Notes: generated by a model from the sequence alone, not told the origin. Shown: positions 17,840 to 26,840, numbered from the stretch's first letter. The stretch is 27,870 nt of DNA from a bacterium (GCA_046757165.1 JBHHXT010000051.1:1-27870), one strand, 5' to 3'. Numbers and translations are program-made.

Positions 17840-18385
17840 TTAGGAAATCAATTCTGCCGGCAGCACGTCTTTCACCTCCACCTTTTTGTCACTGTATTCG
17901 TTGTATGCCTCGACCAATTCCTCCAGTGCGCTCCGGTATTGGTGCCGCTCACCTGCTTGCGGGTCTTCTTCCATCTCCCTCCGGGCCTCCAGGATGGTAT
18001 TGCCGATTTTTTCGAAATAGTAGTTTGACATGGATGTCTTGATCAAATGCGCGACAGATTTCTCTATGTCCTTGCTAACGAGACTTTTGAACGGATTTCT
18101 GGATTGCGTATGATTGCCCCGTTCAGAATCCTTAAAGGGCTTTACGGCATGAAACTGATTCAGGCTGCTGATCAACTTGTAATCGATGCCAAGATAGTCC
18201 AGATTTGCTCCGCCATAGTCGCCTTCGGTGTCATTGGCGAGATTTTTGAGCAAATATCTTTCGATCGTTGCTCGCTCTTCATCGCTCAACTTGCGGTGTG
18301 AGGCATAACGAAAAGAATGTGATTGGCCAGCATGCTGCACCTGGATCATGACGTCGGACTTCGAGAAATAGTAAAGCTCTTTCAT
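17840..18385 (-). CDS. Hypothetical cytoplasmic protein (181 aa)
   Basis: Fills the gap between flanking genes, GGAG RBS upstream of the ATG, protein-like composition; no motif recognised. Confidence 0.75.
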   Translation of the reverse strand: MKELYYFSKSDVMIQVQHAGQSHSFRYASHRKLSDEERATIERYLLKNLANDTEGDYGGANLDYLGIDYKLISSLNQFHAVKPFKDSERGNHTQSRNPFKSLVSKDIEKSVAHLIKTSMSNYYFEKIGNTILEARREMEEDPQAGERHQYRSALEELVEAYNEYSDKKVEVKDVLPAELIS

Positions 18386-18441
18386 TGCTGACTCCGCTTT
18401 GGTCGTAAATACTGATGTTACTTAGTTGTTGCCTTTCTTTA

Positions 18442-18456
18442 ACAAACTCTATGCCA
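18442..18456 (-). promoter_or_regulatory. Possible variant sigma-54 promoter for the 181-aa gene
   Basis: Minus strand reads TGGCATAGAGTTTGT (GG-N10-GT; the -12 C is replaced by T), about 57 nt upstream of the ATG. Confidence 0.35.
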
Positions 18457-18613
18457 GGGCGTGGCCGCTGAGTTGCATGAGCCAAGTCGCTGTAAATAAA
18501 CAAACGGTACCCATTGCCTATTGGTGAACAATGTTAAACCTGATGTTATTTCATGAATCAACACAGATGGAGTGAGACAATCTGGACACCAGAGGGGAAG
18601 CCGCGAGCCTTGA

Positions 18614-21600
18614 TTATTTGCATGGTAGAAACCGCACCGTAGTCTCCATCTCCTCCAGCACTTGCGCAATCGCCAGTAGGGTTTCATCGATATCCTGCTC
18701 AGTCGTGTCGTGGGATAGCGAGAATCGCACAGCGCAGTGGGCGTCTTCCTCGCTCTTTCCCATGGCGAGCAGAACATGGGTCGGCTCCGGCGAGCCGGCT
18801 TTGCAGGCGGAGCCCGATGAAAGCGAAATGCCGTGCTGGTCCAGGGCCACGACAAGGGATTCTCCGCGCAGGTCAGGCAAGGTCAAATTCGACGTGTTTG
18901 GCAACCGGTTTTCGGCGGAGCCGTTGAGTATTGCCTCCGGGATAAGTTCCAGAATACCCCGCTCGAGCTTATCCCGCAGTTTGGCCAGATTTTCAGTATG
19001 AGGCAAAACCTGGCGGGCCAGCTCAGCCGCCTTTCCGAATCCGACGATGGCAGGGACGTTTTCAGTGCCGGCTCGCAAGCCACCTTCCTGCTTGCCCCCA
19101 TGAATCAGCGGCTCGATGTCGACCCCTTTCTTGACGTAGAGGGCGCCGATGCCTTTGGGCGCATAAAGCTTGTGGCCAGAGAGACTCAGCAGATCGACAT
19201 TCAAATCCGCCGCGTCCAGAGGGATCTTGCCTGCGGCTTGCACAGCATCGGTATGAAAAAGTGCGCCACGTTCGTGCGCAACCGCGCACAGCTCTTTGAT
19301 GGGGAGGAGGGTGCCGACTTCATTATTGGCCATCATGATGGAAACCAGGATGGTCTGGTCTGTGAGAGCTTTGTATAGTTTTTCCGGCGCCAGCCAGCCA
19401 TCGCCGTCGACCTCCAGGTAAGTCACGGCGTAACCGATTTTCTGCAGGAATTTGCAGGCGCCCAGGATAGCCGGGTGCTCGATGGTGGTGGTGATGATGT
19501 GGTTCCCTTTGTCCCTGTGGGCAAACGCCACACCTTTGAGCGCCAGGTTGTCCGCCTCGGACCCGCCGCCGGTAAAAATGATTCTGCGCGGCCGGACATT
19601 GATCAGCCTGGCCAACTGCCGGCGGGCATTTTCAACCGCCTCCCTGGCGTCACGTCCGGTGCCGTGGATGCTGGAGGGATTGCCGTGCAGGGTTTGCAAG
19701 TAAGGGCGCATGGCCTCTGCAACTTGCTCATGCACGCGGGTCGTGGCATTGTTGTCGAGATAGACGCGCCGGGCCGCTTTGTTTTCAGAGATCCTGTTGT
19801 TTACCAGCACTGGCCCGCAGGCCGCGACGCGCCGGTTGATGATACGCCTGTCTCTCGGGCTGCCTTCTTCTACCTTGACGACTTCGGCCAGGAGCGCTTT
19901 GTACACCGGGAAACCTGAGATTCGGTCGTAATTGTCGAGGTCCGTCAGCTCGTTGACGTTCCACCTTTGCCAGGCTTTTGGCCCGACCGGGCCGCCACCG
20001 CCCATGTTGCATTCGATGCAGCCTTTGGCGATGTCGTCGCTGACACGTGCGCGGAACGGGACGGAACCGCGCGCGGTTTGCACCTGCACCAGGTCGCCGC
20101 TCTGGATGTCTCGCTCGGCCGCGTCTTCGAAATTGAGCTCCACAGTGGGTTCAGGATTGTCCCTGGCTAGCCCTTTGATGCCGTGGTGTTGCGAGCGGAA
20201 ATCCGTGTGGGGCCGGGCGCCCGAGTTGAAGACCAGCGGAAATTGCTTTGCAAGCTCAGGATTCGCTTTTGGGCCTTCCTTCGGTTCAATGTATTTAGGC
20301 AGCGGTTCGTAGCCATACTCCTCCAGGGCAGTCGACCAGATTTCGAATTTACCGGTCGGTGTATCGAAGCCCGGCTGGCCATCTGGCCGCAGACCGCCCT
20401 TTTGCCATTTCTTGTATTCCATCATCGGTGTGGGGATTTTGACCCAGCCACCGGCTTCTTTTACCTGCTCGAGCGTATATCCCGAGCCTTGCAGGGCGAA
20501 CCGAATGAGTGCCTCCTCGCTTTGAGGGTAGAGGTGACCATAACCCAGCCGGTTGGCGAGCTCTGACATGATCAGGTAGTCGTTGCGCGCCTGCCCGACC
20601 GGCTCGATCAATTTCTCACGCAGCCGGAAAATGGGCCCGTAAACCATGTAGGACTCGATTTCGAACATGGTGGTGGCTGGCAGGACAATGTCAGCATACG
20701 CCGCATCCGCGGTCAGCTGCCGGTCAATGCAAACCTGAAAATCGAGTCCGGAGAGGGTTTCGCGCCAGACCGGGGTCTGCGGCCAGGAGGTCAGCAACGA
20801 AGCCCCATGAATGATCAGGCCGCGAATCCGGTACGGCTCGCCTTTGAGCACAGAGTCGACCAGGCCGCTGGCATGTGACTCGCCGCGATAGTGACTGTAG
20901 ATCGGGACCTTGTCGCGCGCGACCGCCAGATCGATATCGGGATTCTCCTGGTTGCAGGAGCGATTGATCGGGAAATGGGTGTTCAACATGGCCAGGCCGA
21001 GGCCGCCGGGGACATCGAGTTGCCCGGCTAAGGCGAACAGTGTCAGCACGGCGCGGATGGCCTGGATGCCGCTGTTGGAGTATTCGAGACCGGTGTACAT
21101 CACAGGGCAAGCTCCGGTGGCGTGGCTGATCCGGCGGGCGAGCTCCCGCAGGGTCTCTGCCGGCACCCCCGTGATTTGCTCGACCACCTGCGGGCGAAAG
21201 TGCTGCGTGTAGGTGCGCAATTCCTGAAAGCCGTGACACCAATTCTCCGCAAAATCTTCATCATACAGCTCTTCATCGAGCATGACTTCGATGAGACCGA
21301 GAGCGAGGGCGCCATCCGTGCCGGGCCGAATGGGGACCCACTGCGCGCCGGTTCGAATGGCCGTGTCCGTACGTCGAGGATCGATCACCACGATGTCGGC
21401 ACCGCGTTTGGCTGCGGTTTCCAAACGATGCATATCCAGGGGCGGCGAGTCCGTGGCCGGGTTTGCGCCCCAAACCACCAGCATCTCCGCGTTCTCCATG
21501 TCGCTAAACATGTTGACGAGCATGCGACCCATGGTGACATGTGGCGCGATCATGGCAAAGGAGACATAGCAAAGCGCGCCGACCCCCATCGTATTCGGGG

Positions 21601-22036
21601 AGCCAAACGGAAACAGAATGTTCGATGCTGAAGAGACTGCGACACCCTTCGGCTGGTACATATCACAGAGCGAGAGCTCAAACGCGCCGCGCCCGGTGTA
21701 GATGGCCACAGCCTCAGGCCCGGACTCTGCCTTGATCGTCTTGAGATTATCCACGATGATGTCGTACGCTTCGTCCCAGTCAATGCGCTCAAACTCATGC
21801 GTGCCTTTAGGCCCGACGCGCTTCAGGGGATATCGCAGCCGGTGCTCGGACGTGACGATCTCGGGTGTATGCTCGCCGCGCCGGCAAATCATGCCGAGTG
21901 CATGGGAGTCGTCAGGTCGAATGTCGACGATCTGGCCATTTTTTTTCTCGACTTCTACCCAGCAGCCGGCCGGGCAAATGCCGCAAATGCCCTTCTGCCA
22001 GCCACCGGTTATGGACGTTGGGGGGGGATTAGCCAT
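18614..22036 (-). CDS. Fusion: Mo/W-bisPGD (DMSO reductase superfamily) oxidoreductase + NifS/IscS-type PLP cysteine desulfurase
   Basis: aa ~13-722: C18-x2-C21-x3-C25...C51 [4Fe-4S] motif, RLRYPLKR, WDEA, FGSPN...LC156, WGANP, VIDPR, PIRPGTDGAL, ADIVLPA and a molydopterin-binding domain. aa ~757-1140: YLDNNATT, FTGGGSEADN, EHPAI, ANNEVG, HTDAVQ, SGHK956, SSGSAC1078. One continuous ORF with an AAGGAG RBS. Confidence 0.93.
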   Translation of the reverse strand: MANPPPTSITGGWQKGICGICPAGCWVEVEKKNGQIVDIRPDDSHALGMICRRGEHTPEIVTSEHRLRYPLKRVGPKGTHEFERIDWDEAYDIIVDNLKTIKAESGPEAVAIYTGRGAFELSLCDMYQPKGVAVSSASNILFPFGSPNTMGVGALCYVSFAMIAPHVTMGRMLVNMFSDMENAEMLVVWGANPATDSPPLDMHRLETAAKRGADIVVIDPRRTDTAIRTGAQWVPIRPGTDGALALGLIEVMLDEELYDEDFAENWCHGFQELRTYTQHFRPQVVEQITGVPAETLRELARRISHATGACPVMYTGLEYSNSGIQAIRAVLTLFALAGQLDVPGGLGLAMLNTHFPINRSCNQENPDIDLAVARDKVPIYSHYRGESHASGLVDSVLKGEPYRIRGLIIHGASLLTSWPQTPVWRETLSGLDFQVCIDRQLTADAAYADIVLPATTMFEIESYMVYGPIFRLREKLIEPVGQARNDYLIMSELANRLGYGHLYPQSEEALIRFALQGSGYTLEQVKEAGGWVKIPTPMMEYKKWQKGGLRPDGQPGFDTPTGKFEIWSTALEEYGYEPLPKYIEPKEGPKANPELAKQFPLVFNSGARPHTDFRSQHHGIKGLARDNPEPTVELNFEDAAERDIQSGDLVQVQTARGSVPFRARVSDDIAKGCIECNMGGGGPVGPKAWQRWNVNELTDLDNYDRISGFPVYKALLAEVVKVEEGSPRDRRIINRRVAACGPVLVNNRISENKAARRVYLDNNATTRVHEQVAEAMRPYLQTLHGNPSSIHGTGRDAREAVENARRQLARLINVRPRRIIFTGGGSEADNLALKGVAFAHRDKGNHIITTTIEHPAILGACKFLQKIGYAVTYLEVDGDGWLAPEKLYKALTDQTILVSIMMANNEVGTLLPIKELCAVAHERGALFHTDAVQAAGKIPLDAADLNVDLLSLSGHKLYAPKGIGALYVKKGVDIEPLIHGGKQEGGLRAGTENVPAIVGFGKAAELARQVLPHTENLAKLRDKLERGILELIPEAILNGSAENRLPNTSNLTLPDLRGESLVVALDQHGISLSSGSACKAGSPEPTHVLLAMGKSEEDAHCAVRFSLSHDTTEQDIDETLLAIAQVLEEMETTVRFLPCK

Positions 22037-22121
22037 GTTTTCTCCTTAAACCTGAGATGTACCGCTTTTGGGGAAGTTAAGGGATTGAGACATCATTTGC
22101 AACTGAATCAGGAACTTGTCT

Positions 22122-24521
22122 TCAAAATGACACCCTTGCGCCGAGCACCAGGTTTCTTCCCGGCGCGTTGAACCCGCTCAAATGTTCACGATAGTTTCTG
22201 TCGAGAAGATTGAATGCGGAAAACTTGACTAGGAGATGGGTTGAAACCTCGATTCCGACCCGGAAGTTCAGGGTCAGCCAGCCAGGCGTGCCGCCTTCTG
22301 GAATGCGCAGGTCCTCCTTGTCCTGGAGGGAGAGACGTCTTTGTTCTCGTGCAAAGCGGGCGTTTATCTCGGCCCAACAGCGCGTCGAGCGCCAGCGTAG
22401 CCCTACGAGTCCCGTCACCGGTGGGATGCCAGAGAGTGGCTGGTCGTCGCTGGTGTTCTGGCCGTAGGTACAGCTCAGATTTGCGAACGCGACCAGGTGA
22501 CGGTTCACGGCAAGCTCTCCTGCGATCGCGAATCCAGCGGTGAAAGCCTTGCCAGCATTCTCCTTGCGAAAGACTTGCAGAGAGTCCCCTTCCTCCACGA
22601 CAACCCCTGAGCCGTTAAATTCCGCCGGGACTCGAACGAGCAAGTCGGTGATCGAGTTGTAAAACCCAATGATGTCCGCCCGCAGCCGGCGCGAATGAAT
22701 CTTGATGCCTCCATCCACGCTCAAGGATTTTTCGGGCTCTACCTCCGGATTGGGAATGTCAAAGAAGCTGCTGCCCTTGCCCGGCCCGAGTTTGCTGACA
22801 TCGTCCAGATTGGCGATGCGGAAGCCCTGCGCGAGGTTGGCGACCAGACTCACACTTTCACTCATGTGGAACTGCGAGCCCAGGCTTCCGGTCAAGGCGG
22901 TGGCGGTTTGCTCAACGTTGCCAAACAGGTCATCGCTGTGCGGATCATCTTTGAAGGGCGCCCTGAGTCGCGCCACATTGAGCCGCACGCCGGGGGTCAA
23001 GCGCCACCGCGACGACAGGGCAAACGCGTCCTGAACAAATACGCCAAAGTTCAGGAAGGAGGAGCCATCGGGGAACAGGGGCGATTTGTGCGCCAACTCG
23101 CTGGAACCGGTGTTGAGATTGAATGACTTCGTGGCGACCCGGTCGCGATACACCTCAGCACCGTAAACGAGATGATGAGAGTCCTCGAGTACTTTATTGA
23201 ACTGCACCTGCAAGCCGGTCGTCCAGGTCCGAAATTGGTCGCGCGTCTGCTTCATACTGCCAAATCTTTGCCGAATGCGACGTTCGAGTTGCCTGTGAAA
23301 GGAGAGGGTCGCTGTGATGCTATTGAAGATCCGGTTTGTAGCGTTGTTGAAATAGGTCAGATAAACCAGGTCGCGTTCCTGCGGGTCAAAGAGGCGAATC
23401 GAGTCTTTTCGCACCTCCACGACGTCATATCGCGGCACCTCCTGCTGGCGATTGAGCTGATAAGCGACGGTGATCTGCTGCTGGTCAGAGACTTTTAGCC
23501 GTGCCTTGGCGGTCAAGTCAAAGGCATCGTAACCGTTTGGCGCCTGTTTTTTGTGCAAGTCCCGGTTTGTGCGGGAGTCATTTCTGAGGCGCTGCATCAG
23601 CGTCTTGCCGCCGTTGCTGCCTCTGTCGATGTCACCAAACGACTTGAACGAGCCATCTATCACCACGCCAAACCGTTTACCGGCACCGCTCAGGCTGATG
23701 TGTGTCGTCTGTGTCCGCTCTGCAGTCGACAGCGAACCGGACAAAGAGCCGGCCAGGCGAACTCCGACTCCTTGATTCATCTTTGGTGTTCTGGTGATAA
23801 CGTTGACGACCCCGCCGAGTGCGTCGCTGCCGTACAGAACGGAGATGGGGCCATGGACGACTTCCATGCGCGCCAATGCCCCGGAATCGACAGAATTGAG
23901 GTATTGCGTGTTGCCGCCGCGGTAGGTTGCATTGTTGAGCCGAATGCCATCGACAAGCAGCAGCAGCTTGTTCGCCTTCAAGCCGCGAATGATGGGCGAA
24001 CCGCCCCCCTGGTTGGTTTTTTGCACGAAGACGCCCACCTCCTCGCGCAGGAACTCCGGCGTCTGTTGGTTGCTGCGCTGCTGAATTTTGCGGGCGCTGA
24101 CAACGGAAACCAACTGCGACACATTTGCCGTGTTGTCAAGATTGCGTGTGGCGGTGACCAGCAACTTGTCCAGCTCAATGATCACGGGCATGAGTGAGAC
24201 AGTGAGTTCGACGGTTTCGTTGGATGCCAGCACCACCTCGGTGGCACGAAAAGTCTCATACCCCTGTAGTTGAAATGTAATCTGATAGTTGCCGGGAGGA
24301 AGACCATCGAGGTGAAATTCACCATTGGAGTTGGAGACGTCACCGCGCTGCAACGATTCAATAAAGACCTGCACGTGTGCCAGGGGAGTGGCCTCTTTCT
24401 CGTCCAGGATCCGACCTATGACGCTGGCCGTGTTTGCATTTTCCGAAGCGCCTGCAAACGCGGTCGAAAGCAAGATACAGAGGAGGTGCGATGAAAACAG
24501 GATACGATTTCTGATGTGCAT
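22122..24521 (-). CDS. TonB-dependent outer-membrane receptor with an N-terminal carboxypeptidase-regulatory-like domain
   Basis: Signal peptide, G.F...LPPG.Y domain, LLVTATR, plug IRG...LLLVDGIRLN and EVVHGP.S.LYGSDALGGVVNVIT, C-terminal NLLDRNY...PGRN...F. Confidence 0.93.
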   Translation of the reverse strand: MHIRNRILFSSHLLCILLSTAFAGASENANTASVIGRILDEKEATPLAHVQVFIESLQRGDVSNSNGEFHLDGLPPGNYQITFQLQGYETFRATEVVLASNETVELTVSLMPVIIELDKLLVTATRNLDNTANVSQLVSVVSARKIQQRSNQQTPEFLREEVGVFVQKTNQGGGSPIIRGLKANKLLLLVDGIRLNNATYRGGNTQYLNSVDSGALARMEVVHGPISVLYGSDALGGVVNVITRTPKMNQGVGVRLAGSLSGSLSTAERTQTTHISLSGAGKRFGVVIDGSFKSFGDIDRGSNGGKTLMQRLRNDSRTNRDLHKKQAPNGYDAFDLTAKARLKVSDQQQITVAYQLNRQQEVPRYDVVEVRKDSIRLFDPQERDLVYLTYFNNATNRIFNSITATLSFHRQLERRIRQRFGSMKQTRDQFRTWTTGLQVQFNKVLEDSHHLVYGAEVYRDRVATKSFNLNTGSSELAHKSPLFPDGSSFLNFGVFVQDAFALSSRWRLTPGVRLNVARLRAPFKDDPHSDDLFGNVEQTATALTGSLGSQFHMSESVSLVANLAQGFRIANLDDVSKLGPGKGSSFFDIPNPEVEPEKSLSVDGGIKIHSRRLRADIIGFYNSITDLLVRVPAEFNGSGVVVEEGDSLQVFRKENAGKAFTAGFAIAGELAVNRHLVAFANLSCTYGQNTSDDQPLSGIPPVTGLVGLRWRSTRCWAEINARFAREQRRLSLQDKEDLRIPEGGTPGWLTLNFRVGIEVSTHLLVKFSAFNLLDRNYREHLSGFNAPGRNLVLGARVSF

Positions 24522-24557
24522 GCCTGTATCGACGTTTGGTTTCTTTACAGTTTATCG

Positions 24558-24806
24558 CTATCTGGCACAGGTCAGGTGTCGTCCTCCGTCTATATTCAGG
24601 GTCACGCCTGTGACCCAGCCAGAGTTTTCAGAGGCCAGAAAGAGAATGGAGTGTGCGATTTCACCGGCCTCACCAACCCGGCCCAGGGGATGAGTGGTCT
24701 TGCTGTGCTCGAGGAATGCGCCATTTTTTGCAAACAGAAGCGCTGTCGCTTTGCCAATGCCACTGGATGCGCCGGTGATGAGCGCACCGCTCTCCTGCAA
24801 CTGCAT
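24558..24806 (-). pseudogene. Short-chain dehydrogenase/reductase remnant with a large in-frame internal deletion
   Basis: N-terminal ALITGASSGIGKATA (TGxxxGIG) is joined directly to the SDR C-terminus HPLGRVG...EIA..ILFLAS..SGWVTG..L.IDGG. The NAG and YxxxK core is absent; only 82 aa; GGAGG RBS retained. Confidence 0.85.
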
Positions 24807-25157
24807 GCTGCCTCCGGGGTTTGAGTATCGGTTGAAAAACCTGCTGATCAGGTTAAGCGGTAATTAAAGGAAATTCGAGGAATGATTCAATAACAATTTT
24901 CAAACGGCTGAATGCCCCCACCCATTTTTGGGGAGACAATTAATTCAAGCTCGATCCAACATCCCGCCTTTGCGGGACAACCGTGTTTTGCGCACAAATT
25001 CGGGAGGTATACACAGCTGCAAACTGTGTAGGATCACGATAAGCAAAAAAGAACTTTTGGGGACATCCAGCAATTTTTCAAAGGGCGGGGAAATCGTCCC
25101 TGGCGGGATGGGCAGATCTATCGCGGCATGCCTTTCGGACGTATTATCCATACTTGA

Positions 25158-26840
25158 TCAATCCAGATTTGGGCCTCGTCGAATCAATTCCTGCATGTCG
25201 GAATCCATGGCGCCCTCGCTGGTATAGTGGTCTTCCACGATCTTGTAGATTTCCTCCATGTTGTCAACCTTGATGCCATTTTTCAACACTGTTTTGAAGA
25301 TCTTGATTGCCTGGTCAGATGTCTTGTGAGTCTGTAGATACAAATTCGCCAGCAACGGGTAAGTCTGCATGGCACCCGGTGATCTGCGCTGGACTTTTTC
25401 GAGCAGCTTGATTGCCGACTCGGCTCTGCCAAATAGAATGAATATCCTTGCGAGCATCATCGGCGCCATGAAAATGACCAGCACAGCAAGAAGAAACAGG
25501 ATGCCCAAGAGAGATAGCGCTGAAATCAGAAACATACGCGTCCTTTTGGAGCGGACGCCCTGCTCTAAGACCGCGTCGTTTGCTTGCGCCGGACGGTGCT
25601 GGGAAACTGAGATAGATCCCATTGTCTCATCGCCAAGATATTCGACCTCTTCGCTTTCATGCAGGACCTCTGGTTTATCTGGCCTGATTTCAAACTCGCC
25701 TGATTCCATGACAGGATCGTTCTCAGTCAGCGACGCTTCCGAGCTCTCAGGCTGCATGGCGGTGCTGCTGCCAGTTTGATTCGGCGATTGCTTTTTCTGG
25801 AGAATTGTTTTTGTTGAGACAAGAGCCTTCTTATTGTTGGTGTTAGCGTCTGACTCGGCCTCCGTGCCTGCCTCGGGTCTGTTGTCTGTGGTCGCCCTGG
25901 CTTTCGTTGCGGGGAGGTTGTCTTGAGAATCTGATGCTGCAAGTTGTTCTAACTCTTCTTCTTTCCTTTTTTCCGCTCTGGCTTGCTTAAACCTATCAAG
26001 CAATAACTGCGCATCCTTGTATGAACCCGGCGCTTCCTCCACTTTTTCCAGAAACGCAATTGCCTCGTTCAGGTTTCCCGTTGCGGCGAGCTCGAGTGCG
26101 CGGTCATAGGCCAGGTTGTTCGCAAGTTCAGTTTCTTTCGCCAGGAGAATCGAGTCCAGCCAGGCAACTTTTACCTTGATACGATTCTCTGTCGGAGATG
26201 CCGCTTTGACCTGGTTCAGCAACCCTCTGGCCCTGGATAGATTACCGTCAGCAAGCGCTGTCTCGGCGTCGTAACACAACTCCAGGACTTTCGCGGCACC
26301 GACAAACGAATCAGAAACGGACGCGCCTTCCTCTTCCTGTAACTTTCTTAGAGCCTCCATCGCTTCAGACTTGCGATTCTGGGCGTTGAGAAGGCGCGCC
26401 AACGAAACCGTATGCTCATGCTTCCTGGATGGCGTTAGCGCAAACTCAATGCAAGCCCGCAAAGCTGTTTCGTACTGGTCAGCATTGTTGACTTTCTTGT
26501 ACATCTCAGCCAACTGACGAACGATTCTGTATCTGGTGTTCACATCTCCGCCGTCCTGTACAATCCGGAGAGCTTTGTGGAAGGCTCTGCCGGCAGCCGG
26601 GTAGTCCTTTTTCGATTTGTACGTCATCCCCAGGTAGTAATAGGCATCCACAAAAAGAGAATCCTCCTTGACCGCCATCTCATAGGCGTGGATTTTCTTG
26701 CTGCTCCTGGTTTCCAAATGGCCAGCCTCAAACCATTCCAGCGCCTTCTTGTTGCGCGACTGTGCCACGGTTGTTTTTTGTGGCAGGCAGACAAGAACAG
26801 TCAGAGCCACAATCAAAAACGCGGTCTTACGCGGTACCAT
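25158..26840 (-). CDS. Tetratricopeptide-repeat membrane protein
   Basis: GGAGGG RBS before ATG 26840; signal peptide; TPR-like helices (AYYYLGMTYKSKKDYPAAGRAFHKAL); low-complexity linker; one TM (LISALSLLGILFLLAVLVIF); C-terminal TPR-like segment. Confidence 0.8.
   Translation of the reverse strand: MVPRKTAFLIVALTVLVCLPQKTTVAQSRNKKALEWFEAGHLETRSSKKIHAYEMAVKEDSLFVDAYYYLGMTYKSKKDYPAAGRAFHKALRIVQDGGDVNTRYRIVRQLAEMYKKVNNADQYETALRACIEFALTPSRKHEHTVSLARLLNAQNRKSEAMEALRKLQEEEGASVSDSFVGAAKVLELCYDAETALADGNLSRARGLLNQVKAASPTENRIKVKVAWLDSILLAKETELANNLAYDRALELAATGNLNEAIAFLEKVEEAPGSYKDAQLLLDRFKQARAEKRKEEELEQLAASDSQDNLPATKARATTDNRPEAGTEAESDANTNNKKALVSTKTILQKKQSPNQTGSSTAMQPESSEASLTENDPVMESGEFEIRPDKPEVLHESEEVEYLGDETMGSISVSQHRPAQANDAVLEQGVRSKRTRMFLISALSLLGILFLLAVLVIFMAPMMLARIFILFGRAESAIKLLEKVQRRSPGAMQTYPLLANLYLQTHKTSDQAIKIFKTVLKNGIKVDNMEEIYKIVEDHYTSEGAMDSDMQELIRRGPNLD

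Noticed and set aside
18614..22036. Selenocysteine recoding in the Mo enzyme
   Set aside because: No in-frame TGA; the candidate ligand is Cys and the stop codon is TAA.
24928..25227. Short intergenic ORFs (24928-25227 +, 24945-25151 -, also 2022-2258 -)
   Set aside because: No convincing RBS or motifs, and they overlap palindromic non-coding sequence.
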